DNA of 47,905 nt. Source: Oscillospiraceae bacterium. Lineage in GTDB: Bacteria > Bacillota > Clostridia > Oscillospirales > Acutalibacteraceae. The stretch spans positions 1 to 47,905 of the forward strand of contig JAHZCM010000003.1 of assembly GCA_019422905.1 (NCBI GenBank). The letters are read 5' to 3'. Below the pieces are notes generated by a model, which saw only the letters and a list, made by a program, of their open reading frames with translations, ran no database searches and was not told where the DNA came from. The position numbers were made by a program, and so were the translations under genes. Shown piece by piece: positions 32,605 to 42,166 of the stretch (position 1 is the stretch's first letter; the number at the start of each line of letters is the position of its first letter).

Positions 32605-32993
32605 TCCGATTTTCAGATATCGGACAAAGTAAATTCAAATAACAGCGGTTTCGGTTTGCGGTACATCGGCAAGGTGTACCGCACCGGACTGTTTATTTTC
32701 TTAAAAATTTGCTTTGGTGCTTTAAAGGATCATGCCTGTGCTGCGAAGAAACAGGACGGATCTGAACATATTCCCGCATTTTCCATAATGTTGAAAACCA
32801 ATGTGCCAAAGGCGGCCGTGTAGTTTTTACCGATCCTTTGCACATTTTTTGTTATATTGTCGTTTGCCGGACAAGGCCGCGGACGCTTTTGCGGTGGAAT
32901 CCATACGAAATAAAAACGTCGGCGGCTTTGTCCGCACTTTTAATCCGTATAGCAAATACAGTTTATTACAACAAGAGAGAGGTGGATTGCGTC

Positions 32994-33929
32994 ATGACCA
33001 AATACATCCTAAAGCGTTTGGGTTACTCCATCGTCACGCTCTTTGTGCTGGTAGCCCTCACGTTCTTTATGATGCAGCTGCTTCCGGGCGATCCGTTTAC
33101 CGGAGAAAAGCAGCTCCCTCAGGCTCAGATGGACGCGCTTATGGCAAAATACGGGCTGGATAAGCCCGTGTGGCAGCAGTTCTTCATTTACATCGGCAAC
33201 GTTGTGCAGGGCGACCTCGGCACATCCCTGACCTATAACCGCGCCATCACGCTGATGATCGGCGAGGCTTTCGGCGTTTCGTTCGACGTCGGTATCCGCG
33301 CGATCCTGTTCGCCTTCATCGGCGGCGTTCTGCTCGGCACGCTTGCGGCGATTAAGCGCGGCAAGGTGGCCGATACGGTTTGTATGGTCGTCGCGCTGAT
33401 CGGCGTTTCGGTGCCGTCCTTTATTGTGGCGTCGTTGCTGCAATATACCTTGGGCCTAAAGCTCTATCAGGCGACCGGCATGCGCATTTTCGCCATCACC
33501 GGCTGGGACAGCTTTAACTGCCGGATTCTGCCGGTTATCGCGCTGGGCTTCGGCTCACTCGCAACGATATCCCGTCTGATGCGCACCAGCATGCTGGATG
33601 TTCTCGGGCAGGACTATATCAAGACCGCAAAGGCCAAGGGTCTTTCCCAGAGCGGCATCATTTTCAAGCACGCCATGCGCAACGCGATTATGCCGGTCGT
33701 TACGGTTCTCGGCCCGATCACGGCGAGCGTTCTTACCGGCGGCTTTGTTGTGGAGAGCGTATTTGGAATTCCCGGTATGGGCCGTTACTTCGTGCAGAGC
33801 GTCCAGAATATCGACTACATGATGATTGCCGGCACCACGATTTTCTACGGTGCGTTCCTGATCCTTGCAAACCTTGTCGTTGATATCGCATACGGTCTGA
33901 TTGACCCGAGAGTAAAGTTGGAGGGCTGA
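32994..33929 (+). CDS. oppB: Oligopeptide ABC transporter permease
   Basis: MTKYILKRL, YGLDKP, DYIKTAKAKGL, DPRV. Confidence 0.92.
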   Translation: MTKYILKRLGYSIVTLFVLVALTFFMMQLLPGDPFTGEKQLPQAQMDALMAKYGLDKPVWQQFFIYIGNVVQGDLGTSLTYNRAITLMIGEAFGVSFDVGIRAILFAFIGGVLLGTLAAIKRGKVADTVCMVVALIGVSVPSFIVASLLQYTLGLKLYQATGMRIFAITGWDSFNCRILPVIALGFGSLATISRLMRTSMLDVLGQDYIKTAKAKGLSQSGIIFKHAMRNAIMPVVTVLGPITASVLTGGFVVESVFGIPGMGRYFVQSVQNIDYMMIAGTTIFYGAFLILANLVVDIAYGLIDPRVKLEG

Positions 33930-33932
33930 GTC

Positions 33933-34886
33933 ATGACAAAAATTGAGAAAAGCCGCTTCGAATGGATCGGTTCGGACCCGGAGCGCCGAGAGGGGATTTC
34001 ACGCCCCAGCACGACTTATTGGAAAGACGCGATCGGCCGTCTGCTGAAAAACAAGGTTGCCGTCGCATGTTTCTTTGTTATTGTTTTGATTATTTTGAGC
34101 TGTATCATCATTCCGTTTTTCTCGCCGTTTGAAAGCCGGGAGCAGCATCTGGGGGAAACCAACAAGGGCTTTATGACCCCCTGCACGGATCCGCGCTATG
34201 AAGGCCAGGGGCATGTCCATATATTCGGAACCGACAATCTCGGCCGCGACTTGTTCCTGCGCGCCTTTGAGGGCGGACGTGTTTCCCTGATGATCGCGTT
34301 TGCCGCGGTTTTCGTCAATCTGGTTGTCGGCCTGATTTACGGCGGTATCTCCGGATATATCGGGGGCACAACCGATACGATCATGATGCGTATCGTGGAA
34401 ATTGTCAACGGCATTCCGTATTTGATCGTTGTTATCCTGCTGATGATGGTTCTGCCAAAGGGCATTTTCACGATGGTTGTGGCTTACGGCATCACGGGGT
34501 GGACCGGTATGGCGCGCCTTGTGCGCGGTCAGGTGCTGCAGCTTAAGGGTCAGGAGTTCATTGTCGCGGCGGAGGCGATGGGCGCAAAAAGCTCGCGCAT
34601 TATTGCAAAGCATTTAATCCCCAATGCGCTGTCCGTCATTATCATCAACGTTACGCTGGCAATTCCGAGCGCGATTTTTACGGAGGCATTCCTTTCCTAT
34701 ATCGGCCTTGGCGTTCCGGTGCCGCAGCCGTCCTGGGGCGTGCTGGCAAAGGCCGGCCAGGATGTGTTTATGACGTATCCGTATCAGTTGATCGTTCCGG
34801 CTGTTGCCATCAGCCTTACAATGCTTTCGTTCAATTTGCTCGGCGATGGTCTTCGCGACGCATTTGACCCGCGCTTGAGGAGGTAA
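33933..34886 (+). CDS. oppC: Oligopeptide ABC transporter permease
   Basis: FGTDNLGRDL, ARLVRGQ, SWG, GDGLRDAFDPR. Confidence 0.92.
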   Translation: MTKIEKSRFEWIGSDPERREGISRPSTTYWKDAIGRLLKNKVAVACFFVIVLIILSCIIIPFFSPFESREQHLGETNKGFMTPCTDPRYEGQGHVHIFGTDNLGRDLFLRAFEGGRVSLMIAFAAVFVNLVVGLIYGGISGYIGGTTDTIMMRIVEIVNGIPYLIVVILLMMVLPKGIFTMVVAYGITGWTGMARLVRGQVLQLKGQEFIVAAEAMGAKSSRIIAKHLIPNALSVIIINVTLAIPSAIFTEAFLSYIGLGVPVPQPSWGVLAKAGQDVFMTYPYQLIVPAVAISLTMLSFNLLGDGLRDAFDPRLRR

Positions 34887-34892
34887 CCGAAA

Positions 34893-35906
34893 ATGAGTAA
34901 AGTTCTGGATGTGCAGAATCTGCACGTTTCCTTTGATACCTATGCCGGCGAGGTTCAGGCCGTCCGCGGCGTGACCTTCTCCCTGGAAGAGGGCGAGGTG
35001 CTTGCCATCGTCGGCGAATCCGGCTGCGGCAAGAGCGTTTCTGCGCAGACGATTATGAAGCTGAACCCGATGCCGCCCGCAAGAATTAAGGAAGGCTCCG
35101 TCCAGCTCGGCGAGCACGATATCGTCGCCGCCACGGAAAAAGAGATGCAGAAGATCCGCGGTAAGGAAGTCTCCATGATCTTTCAGGATCCGATGACCTG
35201 CCTGAACCCGACGAAGCCGGTCGGCAAGCAGATCGTCGAGGCGATTCAGCACCACCGCAAGCTCTCCGCCGCTGAAGCGAAGGCGGAGGCCATCAAGTAT
35301 CTCACGATGGTCAATATCCCGAACCCCGAGGAGCGCGCAAAGCAGTATCCGCACGAATTCTCCGGCGGTATGCGTCAGCGCGCAATGATCGCCATGGCGC
35401 TTTCCTGCAACCCGAAGCTCCTGATTGCCGACGAGCCGACAACCGCGTTGGACGTTACGATTCAGGCGCAGATCATGGATCTGCTGGCGGAAATCAAGGA
35501 AAAGACCAATACCGCGATCATCCTCATCACCCATGACCTCGGCGTCGTGGCGTCGATGGCGGACCGCGTTGCCGTTATGTACGCGGGCAAGGTTGTGGAA
35601 ACCGGCACCTGCGAGGACATTTTCTACCGCAATGTGCACCCGTACACGCAGGCGCTTTTGAAGAGCCTGCCGTCCGTCGATATGACGAAGGCGGAACGCC
35701 TTGTTTCGATTCCGGGCACGCCGCCGGACCTGCTCAATCCGCCTAAGGGCTGCGGCTTCGGCGCGCGCTGCACGCATTGCATGAAGATCTGCCACGAGGA
35801 GCAGCCACCGGTCTTTAAGGTTGGCGAGGGACACGAGGCAGCCTGCTGGCTGCTGCATCCCGACTGCCCGAGCGCAGCGGAAAGGGGTGAGCCGGATGAG
35901 CAGTAA
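34893..35906 (+). CDS. oppD: Oligopeptide ABC transporter ATP-binding protein
   Basis: GESGCGKS, YPHEFSGGMRQR, ADEPTTALDVT, C-terminal Cys cluster. Confidence 0.93.
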   Translation: MSKVLDVQNLHVSFDTYAGEVQAVRGVTFSLEEGEVLAIVGESGCGKSVSAQTIMKLNPMPPARIKEGSVQLGEHDIVAATEKEMQKIRGKEVSMIFQDPMTCLNPTKPVGKQIVEAIQHHRKLSAAEAKAEAIKYLTMVNIPNPEERAKQYPHEFSGGMRQRAMIAMALSCNPKLLIADEPTTALDVTIQAQIMDLLAEIKEKTNTAIILITHDLGVVASMADRVAVMYAGKVVETGTCEDIFYRNVHPYTQALLKSLPSVDMTKAERLVSIPGTPPDLLNPPKGCGFGARCTHCMKICHEEQPPVFKVGEGHEAACWLLHPDCPSAAERGEPDEQ

Positions 35907-36864
35907 TGAAAAACTGATCGTTCTGGACGACGTATGCAAGCATTTTAAGGTTTCCGGCGGTATGCTGAAAGCGGTTGACCACGTCACGCTCGATATTTAT
36001 AAGGGCGAGACGCTCGGCCTCGTCGGCGAGTCCGGCTGCGGCAAATCCACGCTGGGCCGCGTTGCGATGGGCATATACCCGGCAACGAGCGGCAAGCTGT
36101 ATTACAGCGGCGAGGAGCTGAACCTGAAAAACGCCGATACGCGTTTCAAATACGCAAAGAAAGCGCAGATTATTTTCCAGGATCCGTATGCTTCTCTGGA
36201 TCCCCGTATGACGGTCGCCTCGATCATCGAGGAGGGCATGGTCATCCACGGTATGTACGATGCGAAGAAGCGGCAGGAGCGCGTTTATGAGCTTCTGGAG
36301 CTTGTCGGCCTGAACCGCGAGCATGCCAACCGCTTCCCGCACGAGTTTTCCGGCGGCCAGCGCCAGCGTATCGGCATCGCCCGCGCGCTTGCGATTGAGC
36401 CGGAATTCATCGTCTGCGACGAGCCGATCTCCGCGCTGGATGTTTCCATTCAGTCCCAGATCATCAACCTGCTGCACGACCTGCAGCAGAAGCTCGGCCT
36501 GACGTTCCTGTTCATTGCGCATGACCTGAACATCGTCAAGTATATCAGCGACCGCATCGCGGTGATGTATCTCGGCAATGTCGTCGAGCTAGCGTCCTCC
36601 AATGAGCTGTACCAGAACACGCTGCACCCGTATTCGAAGGCGCTGCTCTCCGCGGTTCCGATTCCGGACCCGAGCAAAGAAGCGCAGAAGCAGCGCCAGA
36701 TCCTGACCGGCGATGTGCCCAGCCCGATCAACACGCCGAAGGGCTGCAACTTTGCAGGCCGCTGCCCGGTTGCGTGCGACAAGTGCAGAGAGTCGAAGCC
36801 GGAGCTTCGCGAAGTGCGTCCTGGCCACTTCTGTGCCTGCCATCTCGTCGATCCGGAAAAGTAA
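35896..36864 (+). CDS. oppF: Oligopeptide ABC transporter ATP-binding protein
   Basis: GESGCGKST, FSGGQRQR, CDEPISALDVS; start MSSNEK overlaps the end of oppD. Confidence 0.93.
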   Translation: MSSNEKLIVLDDVCKHFKVSGGMLKAVDHVTLDIYKGETLGLVGESGCGKSTLGRVAMGIYPATSGKLYYSGEELNLKNADTRFKYAKKAQIIFQDPYASLDPRMTVASIIEEGMVIHGMYDAKKRQERVYELLELVGLNREHANRFPHEFSGGQRQRIGIARALAIEPEFIVCDEPISALDVSIQSQIINLLHDLQQKLGLTFLFIAHDLNIVKYISDRIAVMYLGNVVELASSNELYQNTLHPYSKALLSAVPIPDPSKEAQKQRQILTGDVPSPINTPKGCNFAGRCPVACDKCRESKPELREVRPGHFCACHLVDPEK

Positions 36865-36876
36865 ATTTCCTAAGCA

Positions 36877-36913
36877 TAAAAGCCTTGCTTCCTTTTTGGG
36901 AGCAAGGCTTTTT
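36877..36913. terminator. Bidirectional terminator between oppF and the MFS gene
   Basis: AAAAGCCTTGCTTCC...GGGAGCAAGGCTTTT. Confidence 0.8.
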
Positions 36914-36934
36914 GTATCGTATAACGGGATGTTG

Positions 36935-38176
36935 TCAGGAGCGGTTGAGCTTGTCGGCATAGCAGAAAATTACAAAGCCGATGATGAAAATCACGGCGAT
37001 TGCGCCGACGGCGATATTCTCGCTGCCGGTGAGCTGGCTGACAACCGCGACGATCAGCGTGCCGAGGAATGCCGCGCCCTTGCCGCAGATATCGAACAAG
37101 CCGAAATATTCCCCGCTCTTTTCGGCGGGAATGATCTTCGCAAAGTAGGAGCGGGAAAGTGCCTGAATGCCGCCCTGGAACATGCCGACCGCCACGGTAA
37201 GCGTCCAGAATTGCCACTGGAACTGAAGGAAAATGGCAAAAACAGCGATCGCTGTATAGGCCAGAATACAGATCTTGATCAAAAGCCCGGTGCTGTATTT
37301 GGTGGAAAGCCGGCCGAACAGGATTGCGAAGGGGAATGCGACGATCTGCGTCAGAAGCAGGGCGAGCAGCAGGCCGGTGGAATCCAGGCCGACCGCGGCG
37401 CCGTAGGCCGTCGCCATTTCGATGATCGTATAAACGCCGTCGATGAAAAAGAAAAAGGCGAGCATGAAGATAAAGATGTGCTTTTCGCGCCGGATATTTT
37501 TAAAGGTACGGCCAAGGCGCCGGAAGGTTTCGGAGAGCTTTGCCCCGCTCGCTTCGGAATAGGCGGTCTGGCGGTACGATTTGAGCAGCGGGATCGTCAG
37601 CACGACCCACCAGACGGCGGTGATCAGAAACGCAATCGCCATGGCTGTGGGCTGGCTGATGCCGAGCGCGTTATAATTCAGCACGATCAAAAGACATACG
37701 ACGAACGGGATGCAGCTCCCGATATAGCCGAAAGCATAGCCATGGGAGGAAACCTTATCCATGCGCTCCTCGGTCGTGATTTCGGGCAGCATCGCATCGT
37801 AAAAGACGTTCGCGGAGGAATAGCCGACCTTCGCGACGATGAAGATCACAAGAAAGGAGAGCCAGCCCCATGCAAGGCCGAGAAACGCGCAGCCAAGTAC
37901 GCCGACGGCAAGAGAGATGCCGAAAAGGATGGGCTTCATGTTTTTACGGTCCGCGAGCGTGCCGAGGATCGGCGCGGTAACGGCGACGATCAGCGTCGCG
38001 ATGGAGCCTGCGTAGCCCCAGTAGGCAAGGTAATCGCTGTTTGAGATGCCGCCGGCTTCAGCGAGCGCATTGAAATAGATCGGGATGATGGTGGAGATGA
38101 GCAGAATGAACGCGGAATTGCCGATGTCATACAGCACCCACGCCTTTTCGCCGCGCGTCAGTTTAAACTTTTCCAT
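36935..38176 (-). CDS. MFS transporter, UMF1/YxiO (Atg22-like) family
   Basis: WVLYDIGNSAF, NVFYDAMLP, GYAFGYIG, QGGIQALSRS, EYFGLF. Confidence 0.88.
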   Translation of the reverse strand: MEKFKLTRGEKAWVLYDIGNSAFILLISTIIPIYFNALAEAGGISNSDYLAYWGYAGSIATLIVAVTAPILGTLADRKNMKPILFGISLAVGVLGCAFLGLAWGWLSFLVIFIVAKVGYSSANVFYDAMLPEITTEERMDKVSSHGYAFGYIGSCIPFVVCLLIVLNYNALGISQPTAMAIAFLITAVWWVVLTIPLLKSYRQTAYSEASGAKLSETFRRLGRTFKNIRREKHIFIFMLAFFFFIDGVYTIIEMATAYGAAVGLDSTGLLLALLLTQIVAFPFAILFGRLSTKYSTGLLIKICILAYTAIAVFAIFLQFQWQFWTLTVAVGMFQGGIQALSRSYFAKIIPAEKSGEYFGLFDICGKGAAFLGTLIVAVVSQLTGSENIAVGAIAVIFIIGFVIFCYADKLNRS

Positions 38177-38247
38177 GGTGTCGCTCCTTATGATGGGATG
38201 GATTTGAATGACCGATGGTTGTGTTATGCTCTCGCTCAGGGAAGCCT

Positions 38248-39042
38248 TTAACCCTCGAAGGTTTTATCGAAAGCAGGACCGGCGGATTTTCCGGTTTCCA
38301 GATAATCGTCCGCTTCGGAGAAAAGCGTCTGCGCAAGCGCAAGCGCTTCGCCGTACAGCTCCGTGAGGCGTTCGCTGCTCTGCGCGCAGCGCGCGTCCGG
38401 CTGCGGCGTCATCATCATATCGGCAATCGCGTCGTGGTGCAGCGTGATGTACAGCGCCTTGTCCGCCGCCGCGCGGAATATCCTGTTTTGGTTGAACAGC
38501 ACACGCCCGTAAAAGACCATGCCGTGAAGGCTCTTCTCCACGGTGTCCGTCAGGGCCGGCGGGTAGAACGGCGCGATGACGGCGGCGTTGCGCCGCGTGA
38601 CCTCGAAATGGCCGCAGGGATCGAACCGCAGCGGGTCGAGGCCGTCGCGGGTCAGCAGGAAACGGTCGAAAGCGGTTTCCACAGCGGCGTGCGTCAGGTC
38701 GTATGTCGCCATCGCCTCCGCCACATAGGGGTGGCAGACGGAATCCAGCGCGAAATGACACAGCAGGCCGTAAAGGTACGCGCGGACGGCGCGCTTGTCC
38801 TTTGCGGCGGCAAGCACCTTTTTGCCGCGGACGAGAAATTCCCGGCCGGATCTGCGGTGCGCGTCGTGGCCGATCCGGTTGACGCGGTTGGGCAGGACGG
38901 GCCGGTAAAAGAAAAAGAGGTCCGGGCCGTGCAGGCCGATGTCAAAAAGCGCGCGGTTTTCCCGGCAGACAGCCTGTACATCGGGCGGCGCGTTTTCCAA
39001 GACGCCGCAGCCAAAGCGATAATGTGCGTAAAATGCGGGCAT
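38248..39042 (-). CDS. Zinc-dependent phospholipase C family protein
   Basis: MPxxxAH start, GLHGPDLFF, CHFALDSVCHPYV, HAAVE. Confidence 0.8.
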   Translation of the reverse strand: MPAFYAHYRFGCGVLENAPPDVQAVCRENRALFDIGLHGPDLFFFYRPVLPNRVNRIGHDAHRRSGREFLVRGKKVLAAAKDKRAVRAYLYGLLCHFALDSVCHPYVAEAMATYDLTHAAVETAFDRFLLTRDGLDPLRFDPCGHFEVTRRNAAVIAPFYPPALTDTVEKSLHGMVFYGRVLFNQNRIFRAAADKALYITLHHDAIADMMMTPQPDARCAQSSERLTELYGEALALAQTLFSEADDYLETGKSAGPAFDKTFEG

Positions 39043-39282
39043 AATAGTCACCGATCCTTGCAGGTATTCTGAAATCGAATAGGATTTATATCTATGATAA
39101 CCTTTTTGTGTAAATTTTACAATCGCTGGAATGTAAAACAATCGGGGAATTTTTTGCTTTTTTCCATAAATCGGAATTTGTCGAGACTTTTTTTCTGGGC
39201 GCTCTTGCTATAAAAAGCAAAATCGATTATGATAGTATACAGGAAAAGTATTCCTCAAAAAACCAGAAAGGAAAGATGCCAC

Positions 39283-42057
39283 ATGAATCCGTATAAACTT
39301 GATCTTGAGCGCTATGCTGCTTTGGCGCGGCAGACCGTTGCCGAGGGCTGCGTTCTTTTGAAAAACGACGATCACGCTCTGCCGATCCGAAAGGGCGAGC
39401 GCGTTTCCGTATTCGGCAGAATCCAGTTCGATTATTATAAGAGCGGGACAGGCTCCGGCGGCGCCGTCAATACGCGGTACGTCGTCGGCATTCTCGATGC
39501 TTTAAAGGACTGCCCGGATGTGGTGGTCAATGAGAAGCTGGAGAAGGTCTACCGCGACTGGGTCGCCGAGCACCCGTTTGAAAAGGGCATGGGCTGGGCG
39601 CAGGAGCCGTGGTGCCAGGAGGAGATGCCGGTTTCCGCAGAGCTTGCCGCTGAGGCCGCGGCGGAGTCGGACCTTGCGGTCGTCATCATTGGCCGCACGG
39701 CGGGCGAGGACAAGGACAACGGCCCCACGGCGGGCAGCTACCTGCTCACGGAAGCGGAGGAACAGATGCTGGGCGCCGTCTGCGGCGCATTCAAGCGCGT
39801 GGCGGTGCTTCTCAATGTAGGCAATATCATCGACATGAAGTGGGTTGCCGCGTATAACCCCGCCGCCGTGATGTATGTCTGGCAGGGCGGCCAGGAGGGC
39901 GGCGCAGGCGTGCTGGACGTGCTGACCGGCGCGGTATCCCCGAGCGGCAAGCTGAGCGACACCATCGCCATGGACATTGCGGATTACCCCTCCACCGAGG
40001 GCTTCGGCGATTCGGAAAAGGCCGTCTATAAGGAAGATATTTACGTCGGCTACCGCTATTTTGAAACGTTTGCAAAGGACCGTGTGCTGTATCCGTTCGG
40101 CTTCGGCCTCTCCTACACGACGTTTGACATGGAAATTGCGGGCTTTGAGGCGAACGCGGATTCCTTCAAGGAGGTCGTCATCGTCAAAAATACCGGCGAC
40201 GTTCCGGGCAAGCAGGTCGTGCAGGTCTATGTTGAGGCGCCGCAGGGCAAGCTCGGCAAGGCCGCGAGAAGCCTGTGCGCGTTCCGGAAAACCGCAGAGC
40301 TGCAGCCGGGCGAGAGCGAGGCGGTGGAGATCACGGTGGAGACCGCGAAGCTCGCGTCGTATGACGACAGCGGCGTGACGGGCCACAAGTCCGCATACAT
40401 TCTGGAAGCGGGCACGTACAATGTCTACACGGGCGCATGCGTGCGCTGCGCTTCGCTGAGCGGCAGCTTTGAAATTGCGGAGGACACCGTCACCGGGCAG
40501 CTCACCGAGGCCTGCGCGCCGGTCATCCCGTTTGACCGCATGCACGCAAGGCTTGAAAACGGCGCTTATGCGGTCGCGTGGGAGCCTGCGCCGCAGCGCA
40601 CCTACAGCATGAAGGCCCGCAGCGCGGCGGCCGTGCCCCAGTGCCTGCCCTACAGCGGCGACAAGGGCATCAAGCTCGGCGATGTGTTTGACGGCAAGGC
40701 GTCTCTGGACGAGTTCCTCGCGCAGATCCCGGACGGGGATCTGATCTGCCTGATGCGCGGCGAGGGCATGAACTCCCCGAAGGTCACGCCGGGTACCGGC
40801 GGCGCTTTCGGCGGCGTAACCCAAAATCTGCTCGATTTCGGCATTCCGACGGCCTGCTGCTCGGACGGCCCCTCCGGTATCCGCATGGATTGCGGTACGA
40901 TCGCGTTCAGCCTGCCGAACGGCACGCTGCTGGCCTGCTCCTTCAGCGAGGAGCTGAACGAGGAGCTGTTTGCGATGCAGGGTCTTGAGCTGCGGAAAAA
41001 CCGCATCGATACGCTGCTTGGCCCGGGCCTCAACATCCACCGCAACCCGATGAACGGCCGCAATTTCGAGTACTTCTCGGAGGACCCGCTGCTCACCGGC
41101 AAGATGGCGGCCGCACAGCTTCGCGGCATGCAGCGCTGGGGCACGACGGGCACGATCAAGCATTTCGCGTGCAACAACCAGGAATTCCACCGCAACGACA
41201 TCGACTCCATCGTTTCGGAGCGCGCGCTGCGTGAAATCTATTTGAAGGCGTTTGAGACGGCGGTTAAGGAAGCCGGCGCGTATTTCGTGATGTCCACCTA
41301 CGGCTCCCTGAACGGCCTGTGGACCTCCGGTAACTTCGATCTGCTCACCACGATTCTCCGCGGCGAGTGGGGCTTCGACGGCGCGGTCATGACCGACTGG
41401 TGGGCGAAGGCCAACGACGAGGGCGGCCCCGGCGAGCGGGCGAATGTGGCGGCGCAGGTGCGCGCACAGAACGACCTCAACATGGTCAACGCCGATTCGG
41501 CGTCGAACAGCCAGGGCGACAATATGCCCGAGGCGATTCAGGACGGCCGTTTGAGCCGTGAGGCGCTGGTGCGTTCTGCCAAGAATATCTGCAAGGTGAT
41601 CATGAAATCGCCGGTTATGGAGCGCAGCCTTGGCCGGATGAGCGACGAGGAGCGCGAGGCGGCGGAGGACACCGCAAGCGAGGATTACGTGGACTTCGAC
41701 GTCGAATATCAGGTGATCGACGATGAAAAGCCGCTCGATATTTCGAAGCTCAATACAGAAAAGGGCGCTTCCACGCTGTTCGGCATCCGCTATTCGAAGA
41801 ACGGCGTTTACAAGCTCGTGATGCGCGTCAAATCCAATGCCGGCGAGGTGGCGCAGATCCCAATGTCCATCTTCCTGGACGGCGGCCTTCGCGGCATGAT
41901 TATGATCAACGGTACAGGCGGCGAAACGATCACCGCGGAGCAGGAAATCGGCGTGCTGTTTGGCGGCACGAATTACCTCAAGCTCTATTTCGGCCAGACC
42001 GGCATGGATATTGAGGAAATCAAATTCGTCTGTGTGCAGGAGTTTGCCCGCCCGTAA
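39283..42057 (+). CDS. GH3 beta-glucosidase with inverted domain order
   Basis: EGCVLLKND sandwich domain first, then YPFGFGLSYT/Fn3, then the barrel (SDGPSG, GRNFEYFSEDP, KHFACNNQE, MTDWW). Confidence 0.92.
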   Translation: MNPYKLDLERYAALARQTVAEGCVLLKNDDHALPIRKGERVSVFGRIQFDYYKSGTGSGGAVNTRYVVGILDALKDCPDVVVNEKLEKVYRDWVAEHPFEKGMGWAQEPWCQEEMPVSAELAAEAAAESDLAVVIIGRTAGEDKDNGPTAGSYLLTEAEEQMLGAVCGAFKRVAVLLNVGNIIDMKWVAAYNPAAVMYVWQGGQEGGAGVLDVLTGAVSPSGKLSDTIAMDIADYPSTEGFGDSEKAVYKEDIYVGYRYFETFAKDRVLYPFGFGLSYTTFDMEIAGFEANADSFKEVVIVKNTGDVPGKQVVQVYVEAPQGKLGKAARSLCAFRKTAELQPGESEAVEITVETAKLASYDDSGVTGHKSAYILEAGTYNVYTGACVRCASLSGSFEIAEDTVTGQLTEACAPVIPFDRMHARLENGAYAVAWEPAPQRTYSMKARSAAAVPQCLPYSGDKGIKLGDVFDGKASLDEFLAQIPDGDLICLMRGEGMNSPKVTPGTGGAFGGVTQNLLDFGIPTACCSDGPSGIRMDCGTIAFSLPNGTLLACSFSEELNEELFAMQGLELRKNRIDTLLGPGLNIHRNPMNGRNFEYFSEDPLLTGKMAAAQLRGMQRWGTTGTIKHFACNNQEFHRNDIDSIVSERALREIYLKAFETAVKEAGAYFVMSTYGSLNGLWTSGNFDLLTTILRGEWGFDGAVMTDWWAKANDEGGPGERANVAAQVRAQNDLNMVNADSASNSQGDNMPEAIQDGRLSREALVRSAKNICKVIMKSPVMERSLGRMSDEEREAAEDTASEDYVDFDVEYQVIDDEKPLDISKLNTEKGASTLFGIRYSKNGVYKLVMRVKSNAGEVAQIPMSIFLDGGLRGMIMINGTGGETITAEQEIGVLFGGTNYLKLYFGQTGMDIEEIKFVCVQEFARP

Positions 42058-42166
42058 CGCCCGTAATTTAAACCGTAAATATGCGTAGTGTTCACCCGCC
42101 GCTCCCGTGCGGCGGGTGCATTCTCGCGTGTATTACATACTATATATAGAAAAGGATGCTTCCACA

